Origin: Macrostomum lignano
Taxonomy: Eukaryota
Direction of reading: 5' to 3'
NCBI GenBank assembly: GCA_002269645.1
Contig: NIVC01000732.1
Coordinates: 372,001-436,000 of the forward strand
Length of the DNA stretch: 64,000 bases
In this document: positions 45,297 through 59,269 of the stretch, piece after piece
Layout: every line of letters begins with the position of its first letter
Position numbering within the stretch: the first letter of the stretch is position 1
Program-made: the position numbers and the translations under genes
The notes under the pieces: model-generated
What the model saw: the letters and a program-made list of their open reading frames with translations, nothing else
What the model was told of the DNA's origin: nothing
Databases searched by the model: none

Positions 45297-47585
45297 ATTA
45301 TAATGTCATCATGCTAAAAATAACTTATTATCTATCAATATACCACTAAACCATAGTCAAGAAAATGGCCTTTTTCACGGAAAATTCTAGTGCAAAAGGG
45401 GTTAGACATGCCAGTGCATTCCAGCGTAAAAGCAGGCAAGGAAGAAAAATCTAGTGCAGTATAAAAATTGCCAGAATTTGGTGTAAGAAAAAACTTTTAA
45501 CAAGACAATATTTTTGATGGATAAAAAATTAGCATCTATAATTTCTTATTATTAGCACTTTGTTTCCCAGTATATTGATGGCTTTTTAATTAATAAATGA
45601 TAATATTGCATTTTTTATAAATCCAGATTCTAATACAAATTTTATTAATATTTTTTAAACATAAAATTATTGATTTTTGCTTTTTCAAAAAGTTGCAGTA
45701 TACAATGCAAACAAACTTTTTATATAGTATAGGAATAGTTCTGGTGCATAGCACAAGCAAAATTTTTTGATAAGATTTGTTTCTATACTTAGGATTATGT
45801 CATATATGCCAAAAATTTCTGGCATACATTTGGATAGCTGGCATACATTTCGGGCACAAAATTTTTGAAAGGGTCTTCTAGTATACACCTTGGCGTATAA
45901 ACAATTGGCACACCCTGCATGGTGTACATGCATGGCACACACTGGAGGAGGCTATACCATAGCCATTGCAAAAGACAAAATCAAAGAATATAAAGTATGT
46001 AAAGCATGAAATTTTGCATAAAGTTTAACAATGATTTTGCAAATATATTGTTATGACAATTGACAACCATTACCTTATTTAAAATATTCTTTAAATTGTG
46101 TTTTATTTCTCCTTTTTATTCTTTATTTTTAAAATTAAAAACATAAATCTTCTAATTTTCAATTTATAATCTTTACTTGCAATTATTATACAAAATATTA
46201 CAACACAATATATTGTGATTTTGTATATATTATGCTTTTTTTACATTAGGATTAGGATTTAAGACTGGCACACCTGGCGCACTTATACATTTTGCCTGGC
46301 ATACCTGGCATACACTAAAAAAATTTGGGATGGCCTCCGGAGCACACATAGGCCTAGCATGCTCCTGACTATGGATTTGTTCTAGCATATGGTGCAATCA
46401 AACTTTTTGATAGGATTCATTCCAGCACAGGCATGCTACGAGCCTATGATCCTGACTAACTGACTATGGCCACTAAATAATCATTTTGGCTACTATATAT
46501 AGTAGCATAGCTAGAGGGGGTACATGATATAGGCCTATCCTTTCTTATTTTGATGATTTATAAAAAAATTAGGTTTTTAGTATTTCTAGGGTCTATAAAA
46601 AGCAAAATAAAATGGCTTGGATTTAGCAAAATTGTAAAAAATTGGTATATTTTACTTGTAAATTACTAGAGCTATATCACTGACAACAAAGTTAAATTCA
46701 AAGTGAAGTCTTGAATAAATGTTAGTCCTAGGCCTAAAGCTTAGATGAACTATGCTATGGATATAGCATATTATGGATATGGATATGAACTATGGTTACG
46801 GTAACAGTGCCACTGCAATTGCGGCACTGCCACATTATTGGATAAGTTGTTCTATGATAAGTTCTTATCGTCTAACTAACTAGGTACAAATTGCACAGCC
46901 ATAAGATAGGCCCCTAGTAAGAAAAAAATAATTTAACTAAAACAACGGGAAAATCTTAACTTCTGGCAGCGCACCAACTGCTTGTAACTGTTAGAAGCAA
47001 CAACATGTGAATGCCTGCTGATCATGCGTCATGTGTGAGCCGTAAGTTGCGAAGAGTGAATTTTAAAACTGTTCAAAGTCACTATTGTTTGTGCACTTAA
47101 AATCAAAGCAGTTAAACACCTATGCCTAGTAGATACCATAATTCTGCCATAATTCTTGCAGTGCAAGCATAAAATAATTTTTTTGTTTCTATTGTTAAAT
47201 AATAAGCATCAGTTGACTCAAATAAAGCACAAACTTAACGTTTTTGCAGCATCAGTGGGTGGTTTTCACAATGGGCAACGAAATGCAGCGGCAAAAAATC
47301 CCATGAGCTAAACTGAGTATCAGCAGTCACAATTCTTAATTGTTCGCATGCTTAGAGTATTTTTGTTTTCCTACATGTACACTATAATATCAATAACTAG
47401 AATTTAATCTAAATCGTTGCCTAAGGCTATAGCTTGCACACACGTCGTCTTTCATAACTCACCGTTTGCTTTCGTTGATAGTTAAAAAGGTATGACTTTC
47501 CCCTTAAGTCGTCGGTCGTTAGTTGATGCTTTTTAATAGCGGTCAGTAAAGAGGTCAGTTTTATCCTCATGGACTTTTTGTTACA

Positions 47586-48256
47586 TAACGGGTGTCCCAA
47601 AAAAAGGTAACACTTTGTGCGCTCACTGTGAGTGAGCAGTTAGGCCTATAGCACAGTAATTTAACAGGTCCACAGTAAACATTTGTAAGCTTTTCCCACT
47701 AACATTTGGTTGCGAAAAATTGCTCCAGAGGCGAGTTATTGAGCACAGAAGTGTACAGCTTTTCTGTCAAGCTTTGCCATACACAGCTGCCATAGACAAT
47801 CTTTTGCTTTAAAAAATCTTAAGGAGCATAGACTCTGAGACGGTGTGTGGTCAAATACCAGTTTATTTGAAAAATCGTTATTGATTTTTTGAGCTTGTAA
47901 GTGTACGCTAGCTTCTCTGCTAAGCTTTGCCATAGACGGAGGCCATAGACAATATTTTTCGTAAGAAAAATGACAGAGCATGCATAGACTCTGAGACTGA
48001 TCTAACGTTAAAATTTCTTAAATTTCTTAAACGCTAAGATTGTCTATTGCAGCTGTGTATGGCAAAGCTTGGCAGAAAAGCTAGCGTACACTTCTGTGCT
48101 CAATAACTCGCCTCGTGAGCAATTTTTAGCAACCAAATGTTTGTGGGAAAAACTTACAAATGTTTACTGTGGACCTGTTAAATTACTGTGCTGTAGGCCT
48201 AACTGCTCACTCACGGTGAGCGCACAAAGTGTTACCCTTTTTTGGGACACCCGTTA
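47586..48256. mobile_element. Tc1/mariner-type MITE with ~225-bp TIRs
   Basis: TAACGGGTGTCCCAAAAAA...GACAATCTT is inverted at 48037-48256; TA-flanked; a third partial internal copy lies near 47890-47950. Confidence 0.85.
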
Positions 48257-48349
48257 TATGTAGATGACAATCAACTATAAAAATGAAAACTCTGTCTATG
48301 GCCAAAGATCCATTGCCAATCTTCTTACCTAAAAGGAGATGGAACAGAA

Positions 48350-48840
48350 GATTAGAGAAGAGCAAACAGGGAAGAGTTCAGAGATGCGACACGAGAAAAG
48401 ATATAAGAGAATTGAGAGAAGGAGAGGAGAGGAGAGGAGAGGAGAGAAGAGAGGAGAATAGAGAAGAGGAGAGGAGAGAGTGTAAAGAAGAGATAGAGAA
48501 GAGAAGAGAGGAGATAGGAGGGATGAGAGAGGAGAGGAGAGAGAAGACAAGAGAGAGTAGAGAGAAGAAAGGAGCGATAAGAGATAGGAGAGAGGGGGGG
48601 AAGAAGAAAGAATAAAGATGAGAGAGAAGAGAGGAGAGAGGAGAGATGAGAGATGAGAGAGAGAGGGGGAGAGAAGAGAGAATAAAGAGAAGAAAGAAGA
48701 GATGAGAGAGGAGGGATGAGGAGAGGAGAGAGAAGACAAGAGAGGAGAAAGCTAGGAGAAAAAATATGGTAGATAAGATCAGAAAAGAAAGGAGAGAGGA
48801 AAGAGGGGAAGAGAAGGGAAGGGAAGGAAAAAGAGGGAAA
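48350..48840. repeat. Purine-rich (GA/AGG) low-complexity tract
   Basis: Almost exclusively A/G on the + strand. Confidence 0.95.
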
Positions 48841-49629
48841 GAAGTTTTAAAGGGCACGAGGGACGTAGAGGCAGAGGCCAGAATTTGCCAAGGCAAGATT
48901 TAGACAGACGTTATTCTGCCCGGCACCCCAGCCGCGCTTTTGTTTTGCTTTTTTAGTATAACTTCAGGCTTGGGATTGCGATGGGAAACTATCGTGAGTG
49001 CTGTATTACATGTATATACTCGTATAGGGATAAAGCAGCGCTTATTAATTTTCTACCAATCTTGCAAATCGGTGACATGCAGTCTTAAAAGATGGGCTTT
49101 CACCAATTGCTGCATTTGGGTGATAACTTTGTTATTGATCTCAAGGCCAAGGTTTACCTAAACCTGTCGCAAAGACTTTCGACATGACTGGCTATATCAG
49201 AGAGAGACAATTTTGTGTCCATGAATGATGTAGGAATGACTTTTAAATTTTAAAATGCATGCAACAATATAGTTCCGAAGATTCGAATTTAGCGGGTTTA
49301 AAATATCGGGTTTCAACAGCTTGTTCGATCTTATATATATTATTAGTTATGTTAGTCATTGATTGTTCTCGAGTCAAAGCAATTTATTCATGGGCGTAAT
49401 ACCCATCTCTCCTTTAAAAATGAACGAAAAAGCATTGTTAAATCGGCAAAAGAAAGGAATTTACAAATCCATCGGATCTATTTTATTAGCAAAATAATTG
49501 GACCCATACACGTGAACGAAAACCTGAGTCCCGGGGTTTGAAATCTCACCCAAAAGCGTAAAAAAAGTTTTTTTTCCGAAAAAATGAGCAAAGGAGATCG
49601 AGAGCTGGAGTTAAAGTTAAAAAACTTTC

Positions 49630-52600
49630 TTATTCGTCACATTCAGCATAGGCTGCAGACTCTTGTGTTTTCTCTGAAGCAGGAGCCGGGTTAGTCTTTG
49701 TTTCAGAGGCATTCCCCTGTAAACTTTTAATTTTTGTTCTCATCTTCTCTGCTGGCGAATGCTCGAATGATTTCCGGCCGTATACGAACGAATCCAGTTG
49801 CGTCGGGAAGGTATCAATACGGAAGTTCCTCAGATATAAAACGTAGTCATTTAAGTCTTCGTTGATGCGCCATTGTGTGTACCAGTGAGGTGGCTTAGTT
49901 CGCTGGCGCTTTGGTCTGAAGCCGATGAGGCGTTCAGCATCCGTTGAGTACATCCAAACAAAGTTCCTCTGAGCACAAATTAGACCTATATGTAAAAAAT
50001 GTAGAAAGCCAGTCGTTAGATTCAAGGTAGAAAACTCCGCTATTCGAGCCAGTAGGGGCTGTGATTGCACCCTGGCACACTCTAAGCGACAAGCGACATA
50101 GGCGCACTCTATCTTGTCGCACAACCGGCAAGAGGCATTACTGCCATTCCACCGACTCGCCTGAGCAGGCACACAAGCACGTGGATACGTACCCAGTCAT
50201 ACGCACAGGCACACACTCACACCAGCGGCCCTACTTTATTATTTATCGTTCGGCATGTACACTTCACTGTGCCTTGGGGGTTGGTCCTCAAGCTGGTTGT
50301 TAATTTCAAGAGCAGAGCCAAGCCGAGATTCCAATTTAGCCTTGAATTAATGTGCCTGCACTTGAAATCGAGCCCGGTCCGCTAGACCACGAGGCTACGG
50401 CCCCTTCCAATCTATTTGGTCTAATTAAATCCCAATCCAAGAGCTTTCATTCACCAGGCTGATTGACTGGCACGTCGGGCAGATCTAGCCACAGCCCGGC
50501 ATCTCTCGTGGCCTTGTCCCGCTGGTTCAATTCGAACACAAGAGCCAGCGATTCGGTCAGCACGGCTGGCAGGACGCGATTCTGCGTGTCAGACCTTGCG
50601 TCCGGCTCATCGCATCCCGGATAAGTCATCACGTCATGCAGCCAGATCTCTTTATTGGCGTCGAGCATCAGGTCCAGTCCAAACAGCTGCCAGCTGCCTG
50701 GCTTGTCACCCACAATGCTGTCAATCTGGCTGGCCAAGTTGTTCACAATTCGATGCAAACGACGCAAAAATCGATGCTCCGAATTTGTCGAATCCGAGGT
50801 CGACGACGAAGGCTGATTTGACAATGACGAAGTCGTTGGCCAGAGTGCGGAATCGAGCTCGCGACTATTAGTGATAGACGGCAGGCCGAGAGATTCGCGC
50901 GCATCGTCGTATGGTCGGCAATAATCGGCCGAGCTGTTCGAGGCAGTTTTTTCCCGGCCATATCTCGAATAGTCGGGGTCCCAGGTGAACGGCCACGTGA
51001 AGTGACAGCGCAGATCATTGCTTTTCTCTTCGTACTCGCGTTGAGCGATGCGAATGTAGCCAGGGTGAAGGAAGGCAACGACCCGTCGGTCAGTGAGGAC
51101 GGACACGAGTAGGAACATTCTCAAATCGAAACGTCGGCCTTCTAACAACTGAGGATTGGTTAGGTGTCTGCAAGTGCAAGCGAAGTAGAATGACATATAT
51201 AGCTGCAATCTTGATTCGAATAGTTTTACGCAGCAAAGATCATAGGACACAAGACACCAAGACAACAAAACCAAGACAATTACACAGCCGCTAAAGAGAC
51301 TAAGACACTAGATACTACGTGTAGGACACTAGGACACTTAAGGCACAAGAACACAACACTTGATAATACACTAGGACCAGAAACCGTAAGATGTTACTAA
51401 AACCAAAGGTCCTATGAGATTGCAAACTAAAAACAGAGAGGCTATATAAAAGGACACTTAGGACAACTAGGACATTTAAGACCACTAGGACACTTAGGTC
51501 CACCAGGACACTTAGGACAACTAGGACACTTACGACCACTAGGACATATAAGACATATATATGACATATTGACATATAAGTCAATAGGATATTTGGGACC
51601 ACTAGGACACTTAAGACAACTATCAATACGACATTTAGGTCAACTAGGACACTTACGACCACTAGGGACACTTATGACCACTATAAATAGGATACTCGGG
51701 ACTACTAGGGCACTTAGGACAACTATCAATAGGACACTTAGGACACCAAGACATTAGGATACAATTTCCATGTAGTAGTTGAAGACACTAAGGACACTAG
51801 GCCTATAAGACACAAGACACCAAAGCACAAAGACATTAGGTCACTAATGATAGAGGGACAATTGAACACAAAGACGCATAATAGGACACTTGAGCAATAG
51901 GACGCGCAGCCAGTTATCCAATAACCTTTGCAGCACAAAGAACTGTCCTCGCAGCCGCCTATGCAGGTCGTAGCGCACGAAAGTCTCAAGCTCGGCGGCC
52001 GAATCGATCAGCTGAACTCCGTTGCCGCCTTTAAGCGAGGCGGCTCGAATCAACCAGCGCTGCTTGTCGCCATAGGCACCCTCTGAAAAGTGAACCGATT
52101 GAACTCAATTGTTCTACCTTAGAGAGCTCAATTGTCACTAGCTATCTTAACTGTCGGTTTACTTACTGAGCATATTATCGCGAACATATTCAAATTTCTT
52201 CTTAGTAGCCAGTACAATCGTGTCCGGGATGAACAAATTCTCCTGGAAGCAGGTGCACATCCGTTTGCCACGCTGCGGACAATCTGGTTCACTGCACACC
52301 AGACCAAAGTCGTGCTTCATGTAGATGTGGTGGCACATCTGAAATAGAATCCATATCTAGATCGAGGTGTTAACGAGCATTTAAGAATTTCTTATTTAAG
52401 GAATTACGAGCTAGGTTCATTCAATGGATTTTGAGTTTTTTAGGGGCATTTTTAGGGGTATTCTCCTCATCTGGTTTTCCCTCGTGTGATTTCATAGCTC
52501 ATTTAATGGTGCTAACAGTGACTGTTGAACTCTAAGGAACTTTAAGGATCCGCGTAAGGACTGGGACGTCGATTTTCGCTAAAGTCACAACTTAATCGAA

Positions 52601-54943
52601 CCCAACGGTATGAAGTTTTGATCTTGAGAAGTGAAATCTGAGCTTGTGTGAAAACGTTTTGCTTTCTTAAAGCTTCCAACATTTTTTTAATATGATATTA
52701 TGATGATAATAAAAAGCCTGAAGATCTACTCCCAGCACCCTAATGCGTTTTTAACCGACTTTGTTTCGTCACTTGGAAATGTAGGCTATGCTGGACTTTA
52801 GATTTATGCAAACCAAGGAGACCAGTACGTAAAACCAGCCATACTAAATTTTCCGAATCTCGGCTAGGATCCTTATTGCAACACAATTCCCAATCGGGTA
52901 ATGAATATTTTCTTATCAAAATTCGTCAATCGTACCGACTGCTTTTCAATGAACGCCACTTTGGGCGGCTTGTCACTCGGACCCCGGTGCTGTTCGCGAA
53001 TTTTCTCCGGATCGCGGCACCAGTGCCCCGGGTAGCACTGGCCTTCGCTGGCCACGCAGCCACTTAGTCGAGCCACCAGGCACTGTAGATCTGTCAGTAC
53101 CCGGTCCAGGTTCACTTGGTTGATGAAAAACACCTGGCAAGGTGGATTAAGTGCACCCGAATCTCGGTAGCGGGCCCTGGTTGACTGGATCGGATCTCTA
53201 CTATTCAGAGAAGCACATTCATTGAATTAGCTCGTACCTGTTCTGGCGACACAGCATCCCTAGCTCCGCCAGTGCCTCCAATATCAGCCAGCATTCGCAG
53301 CGCCTGTTCACGGCTAAGCCACAGAAACATTCGCTCCTGATAGACTGGCAGCCTGCCCGCCTCCATCATGCCCATCCTCTGGCAGAATTCCACGACAAGC
53401 CGGTCTAACAGCGGGTGCACCGCGGCAAGATTTTGATCAGCGGCGTCTTCTTCGCCTTCGACGTTGCTGCCGCTGTCGCCTCGTCCGCGACGCCGCGATC
53501 GAGTGACAAGAAATCGCAACGACTTTGGTAGTACTCGAGGATTATTCAACCGATAGCCGTCTAGTATTTCTCTGAGGGAGTTCGAGTTCGAGGGGATGCG
53601 TGTCGAGCAGCGGGCTTCTCTATTGTGCGATGAGGACCAACTGACAAGGCAGTGAGTATGTACATGCTCAAGAATGAGAGATTCAGCTATAGACCTTAAA
53701 AAACCTTTTTACGTATCTGTATTCGTGTGCAAGCTCAATATTCAGCGTAAAGGACATGACTGCTTGCCATGACGACATTCCAGACTAGTCAAATGCTTCA
53801 CAGAGGTTTATCACCCTATAGTCTCCAAAACTGACCTACATTTAGGCACACAAATAGCTAGAAGTGAGTAAATTTGTTGTAAAAAAACGTCATTACTTAC
53901 TGTAGGCTGTAGAGTTCGGACTCGGTAGTATACAATTTCTCAGCTTTCTTCATCGCCAGAGCGGCCCGAGTCAGCTTCCGTCTGCTGGACGCAGTGCCGG
54001 TTGCCGCGCCGCCTTCGACAGCCGCATTTTCATCGGTTTGGTCATCTTCGGCAGCTTTTTCGCCCGGACCAGCTTCCGCTAAAATCAATGGTATATTCAG
54101 TTGGTGGTTTAGCATAGAACTTGCCTGAGTTAGCGGCAGTGATCCAGACACTGTACTGAGGCAGTGGTATGCTTAAATGACAATCGAAATTGAAAGTAGT
54201 AAGCTTTGAGGCAAAACGATTCGGGGCAAATTATTTTTAGGGCTCGATTCCCTGGTGGTTTAGGGCTCGATTCCCTGGTGGTTTAGGGCTCGATTCCCTG
54301 GTGGTTTAGGGCTCGATTCCCTGGTGGTTTAGGGCTCGATTCCCTGGTGGTTTAGGGCTCGATTCCCTGGTGGTTTAGGGCTCGATTCCCTGATGGTTTA
54401 GGGCTCGATTCCCTGGTGGTTTAGGGCTCGATTCCCTGATGGTTTAGGGCTCGATTCCCTGGTGGTTTAGGGTTCGTGGTTTAGGGCTCGATTCCCTGGT
54501 GGTTTAGGGTTCGATTTCCTTGTGGCTTAGGGTTCGATTCCCTTGTGGTTTAGGGCTCGATCCTCCATGGTTCTCTAGTGGGATGGTTTAGGGCTCCCTT
54601 CTTAGGTTGTTTCGGGTGCATTCGTGCGAGAGGTTTTAATTTAAGTTTCATTCATAGTATGCGTGTGATTTAAGAAGGTCACTAACACACAGGTAACCGC
54701 GTCACCAAATTAAAGACTACACTGACCGTTGTGGGCCTCTTTCAGCGAGCCAGAAATACGCAGCAGACCTCCAATTAGCGACTGTTTGAACCTGTCAAGC
54801 AATCGATGCACTCGATGTCCGCTAATGTCGTTATTAATGTTAGCTAATTGTTGAGCACTGTCAGATGGGTCGGCCTCGGAGTTTGTGGCCTCAGCCGTGT
54901 AATCAGACACCGCCTTCAACAGTCTGGGCTCGAGAGATGGCAT
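49630..54943 (-). CDS. TTLL10: TTLL10-like tubulin-tyrosine-ligase-family gene, 8 exons (54727-54943, 53901-54078, 53238-53640, 52936-53133, 52167-52338, 51926-52082, 50455-51167, 49630-49985; ~797 aa)
   Basis: All splice phases are consistent (total 2394 nt). PQLLEGRRFDLRMFLL, PGYIRIAQREYEEKSNDLRCHF, QLFGLDLMLDANKEIWL, VLPAVLTESLALVFE and AQRNFVWMY parallel recalled TTLL10 motifs. Start codon tentative. Confidence 0.72.
51250..51900. repeat. Degenerate short-unit array (AGGACACT/AGGACAACT) in a TTLL intron
   Basis: Dozens of ~8-10-bp variants. Confidence 0.85.
54235..54600. repeat. 23-bp minisatellite (TTTAGGGCTCGATTCCCTGGTGG) in TTLL intron 1
   Basis: About 12 near-perfect copies decaying to the right. 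Confidence 0.96.
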
Positions 54944-55779
54944 GCTGTTCACTTTCTTCAGGTTGTGATAGCGATTAAACTAATTAACTTACTGGACCGT
55001 TGTATAAAGTGGCTTAAGTGAGTTATTGTCTCAAATAGGAGTTTAAACCGTATTTGGACCAAATTTAGACCATAGACAGTCAAACTATTGAATTCCTTCA
55101 TCAATAAACTAAACCGGGACTAAGTATAGCAGCTGTAAACCCATCTGTCTTTCGTGCCAAGATCCTTCGAAAGTAACTGCATGCAGCAGAGAATATCGAG
55201 AATATTTTCTGCTGCATGCTTATTTTTCTTTATCGGGACTGCACTGCACTGGATACGATAGGACCAAATAGTAGTAGTTAATATCGCCTTTTATAGAGTT
55301 CCACTATGGCTTAAAAATGAAGCCCTTTTTGTAGTTTCCTAGCTTCGAACTTTTTTAGGTTTGCCCCGATGCATAGCCACGAGTAGAATCGAAAAGACAA
55401 GTCAATAACTAATTTAGTTTACCAAAGTAATCTTAGAAATCTAGCTTATTCCACGTGTGGAACTTACTTCGTCTTACTCTTACTTCGTCTTGCCGCCTGA
55501 GTCATTAATAATTGGATGGGTACTACAAGATAACTATAGTTTTATCCACACTGATGAATCTGATTAATTATATAGCTAGCTTATGATATTAACTCACTGG
55601 TGGACGTTGCCATGATTAGGGACTTTTTTAGTTACGAGGGATATCTGACCGGAAATTTGATGCCTACTAGCAAACTTTGTCCCACCGATAGCTGGAGGCA
55701 ACTAGGAAAGGAGTAAAAGTTATCAAAGTTTTGTCGTTTACATATTTAGAGCAGAAATTTCGGAATAATGTTGCATTAT

Positions 55780-56340
55780 TTTTCAACATCAGTCCCCCTG
55801 GCGATCAATGCACTTCTGCCCGGATACCGTGAAGTAGTCGGCCGGTTGGTCCTCCAGCCACTGGTTGGCGAGGGTGATGACCTCTTTGTTGGACTCAAAA
55901 TAGTGCCCACGGAGTGGCCGCTTGAGCTGACGGAATACATGTAGGTGGAAATTGGAGGGTGCCTGCAGGTCTGGTGAATAGACCGGATGGGGGAGGATTT
56001 CAAACCCCGCAGTGGTGGCAGCATTCACCGCAACCTGGGCGGTGTGAGCTGGGGCATTGTCGTGAAGCAGCAAGGGCACTCAGCTTCCCCCGCATCTTCT
56101 GGGCAACTGCCTGACGAAGCCGGCCCAGCTGTTCAGCGTACCGGACACCTGTGACAGTATGCCCAACAGGCAGGTACCCGGCGAGCAGGATCCCCTGACA
56201 GTCCCAGAAGAAACAGCCCAAGATCTTGCCAGCTGACTTCGCTTGCTTGAACTTGCGGGGGGGGGGGCTTACCCAGGGCGCCGCCACTCCATGGAATCTC
56301 GCTTAGACTCGGCCGATCGGGGTCATAGTGGTAGATTCAG
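55780..56340 (-). mobile_element. Mariner transposase catalytic-domain relic
   Basis: KFKQAKSAGKILGCFFWDCQGIL, LLHDNAPAH, LPHPVYSPDL, frameshifted; no TIRs seen. Confidence 0.9.
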
Positions 56341-56349
56341 CACTTATTC

Positions 56350-56915
56350 CCAGTTAAGAGCATTTTAACTGAAGGGCCAGATAGAGAATCTATCAGAAGA
56401 CTGTGGGTCAGAGAGAGGAGAGTGGAGGGGAGAGAAAACAGATGGGATAGAAGAGAGATGGGAGAGAAGGGGAGAGAGGAGAGAGGTGAGAAGGGAGCGA
56501 AGGGGAAGAGGGGGAGAGTAGGAAAGAGGAGACAGGGGAGAGAGAAAAGGAGAGAAGAGAGAAGAGGGAAAGGAGAGGGGAGAAAGGAGAGAGGAGGGGA
56601 GAGAGGAGAGAGGAGGGGAGAGAGGAGAGAGGAGGGCATAGAGGTGAGAGGGGAGAGAGGAGATAGGAGAGAGGTGGGATGAGAGATGAGGGATGAGAGA
56701 TGAGAGAGGAGAAGGCTGGAGATGAGAGGAGAGAGGAAAGAGGGGAGAGGGGAGATTAGTAAAGAGAGGAGATTAGGAAAAAAGGAAAAAAACTGAGAGG
56801 AGACAAACCTTGAACGGGCCGCAATGCTACTGTGAAGTTTCAAAGGACCCGAGGGCCGGATCGAGAGGTTTTTCGGGCCGCATGTGACCCGTGGGGCAGA
56901 GTTTGCCGACCCCTG
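56350..56915 (+). mobile_element. Truncated hAT/Charlie-type MITE containing a GA-rich tract
   Basis: Right TIR TTTGCCGACCCCTG at 56902-56915 and GGGCCGC/GGGCCAGATAG subterminal motifs; purine tract 56410-56810; left TIR missing. Confidence 0.5.
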
Positions 56916-57329
56916 CCCTGCTAAAGAGCAAATGTAGCTAAGTCCTAGTAAACAAGAAAATTGTCTCTAACTATATGCTCGAAAATATTACTATAACTAC
57001 GAGCGTACCATGCAATTTACCTGTTTTTTGTCCAATGCCCGACCTAAGCTGCACAGGTGCAAGTGATTTACAGATTTTCTTAGGTTATTTTTGCTCAACT
57101 ACCAACATTTAATAGAAGCGCTCTCTACAGTCTCTTTTTGCGTCCACCAGCTAGAAAAAAGACAAATGCGCTCGTACAGCAATTAACGTTGATTGCTTTA
57201 ATTATCCATTTTTTCGCAAAACATTTTTGGTCAATCTTTTTTTGAAGTCGCAGATGTTTGAGCAACGATTCAGCAATTTGAAGGAATAGACTCTTTCTAA
57301 CTTTGTCTAACGCTGCAGAGTTGGAAGGC

Positions 57330-58550
57330 ATGCAGACTGCCGACCTCGCAAAAAATCAGATCTGCGTCATCCTGAGGCCGTCCGTCGTTCCCACTTTCCT
57401 CGGCACCTGGGATGGACGAAGCGCTTCAGTAACTCGATGACCCCGTCATGAAGCAAGAGACAACTGGAAACCCCATTAAATCCACTGCTTTACTGATGGG
57501 TTCCAAATCAACTCCGCCTCTGGCTACGGCTACTGCATCGTGTCTGGAGGGAGAACTGTGGCGACCTTCTCCCAGCACACCGGCACCTGCTCTACCGAAG
57601 TTCTCGCCATCAGTTCCTGCGCCATGGACCTGTGCAATCAGTGCGTCTGGGGGAAGGAGATTATCCTCCACTCGGACAGTCAAGCGGCGATCCACGCCCT
57701 TGAGCGCACCACCACCTGCTCGCGCACAGTCCTCGACTGCATCGGGCAGCTCAACCGCTTAGGCGCCTCTAACAAGGTGTCCCTATGGATCCCTGGGCAT
57801 TCGGGCCACCCCGGCAACGAGCTGGCCGATCGCTTGGCCAAGGCTGGCTCGACCGGTTCTTTTACTAGTCCCCTGCCCGTGGTCCCCACCCCCACCGCCG
57901 TTGTCACCACTCGGATCAACCAGTGGGTGGCTTCAAAGCACAGGGAGAGGTGGGCTGACGCCCCCGACTGCCGGCAATCCCGCGCGGCTGTCCCCTATCC
58001 TTACTCCCTCCGCCCTGCGCAGGGCCCTGCTTGGACTCAACCGTAGGGACATCAGGGCGGTGACCATGGCCCTCTCGGGTCATGGCTGTTTTGCCAGGCA
58101 TCGTCACCTCCTGGGAAAAATACTCAGTGAGGAATGCCATTCTGCCTCTCCGGTGTCGAGAATGCTCTACCGTGCTCTACCACTTTATCTGTGAATGCCC
58201 CGCCTTTACTCAGGACAAGCTCACCTACCTCGGCCCAAACCCGGACTTCTCCGACGTTTTCAGGTTCGAGAATCTCTGCCTGCTCGTCCGCTACATAAGG
58301 GCTACCGAGCGAGCGACAATCCACCTCCTGGACTCTCCGAAGGGGGACCGCGCTGCGGACACCGGCACCACCGGAACTCCCTGCGCGACACCGCAGCACT
58401 AGCTGCCCGTTGTCGCCAGGGCTTAGCGAAATGGGCGGCAACGCCTCGTCGCTGTTTCCGGACGCACGGAGCCCCCTGCAGCTAAGTCAAGCTGTCAACT
58501 CGATGACAAGGGCGCCATACTTGATCCTCCGACCTGTAGCTATTGGGGCA
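57330..58550 (+). mobile_element. 5'-truncated I-group (Loa/R1-like) LINE remnant with RNase H
   Basis: [49 protein letters not shown]; several frameshifts. Confidence 0.85.
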
Positions 58551-59269
58551 TTTTGGTCATCTATGAATAGTATGCCGTACAGTGTGCATAGTCTGCTATG
58601 CCGTGTAGAATAGCTCGTACAAGGCAAACATACACTGTACGAACGAGCGTACATAAGTTGAAAGCATTGGCAGAATGCTAATATTGGATTTTCTCTCACT
58701 GCAGCTCTTCCTCAAACGAGTTCTTCGCTGGTGGGTCGCTTGTACATCAGGATTGCTGCAAACAAACTCTTTCTTTTGCAACAGAATCGACCTGTCAATT
58801 GCGACGCTAGAACCCCTAACGCAATAAATTTTAATTCAATGTCGACAAAATTATGACTCGGGACTCAATGTACTTTTGAAGTATAGCGTTTTTGGTGTTT
58901 ACACAATTTAGTCTGAAATTGAACTGCTTGTTTCCGTCTCCCATGAGAGCTTATTACATGTACTCTCAGTTACGACTCATTTTGAGTTGACCTGCATATG
59001 TCACTCTTGATCTGCAGCCAATTGTGGATTTAAACCAAATACCAAGTGTACTACAGCTGCATAACTGTTATACAACGGCTCAAAGTAAAAGTTCAAGTAA
59101 AAGGGTAAAAAAAAATTTTTACTTGTAGTTGATTCAGCGGGACTTAAGAAAAGGTTGGCGCAATCATTTTAATTTGAGCAAGCAAAAGCCAGCCGGCGTC
59201 TTTGTTTCCCCAACAGCTCTTTGAGCCAGCATGCAGCTGGTGCTAGCCCAGCTGGGTCCATGCGAATCA

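Noticed and set aside
48283-48896. Leu/Ser-rich or Arg/Glu-rich ORFs (also 56337-56843)
   Set aside because: Artefacts of purine/pyrimidine low-complexity tracts.
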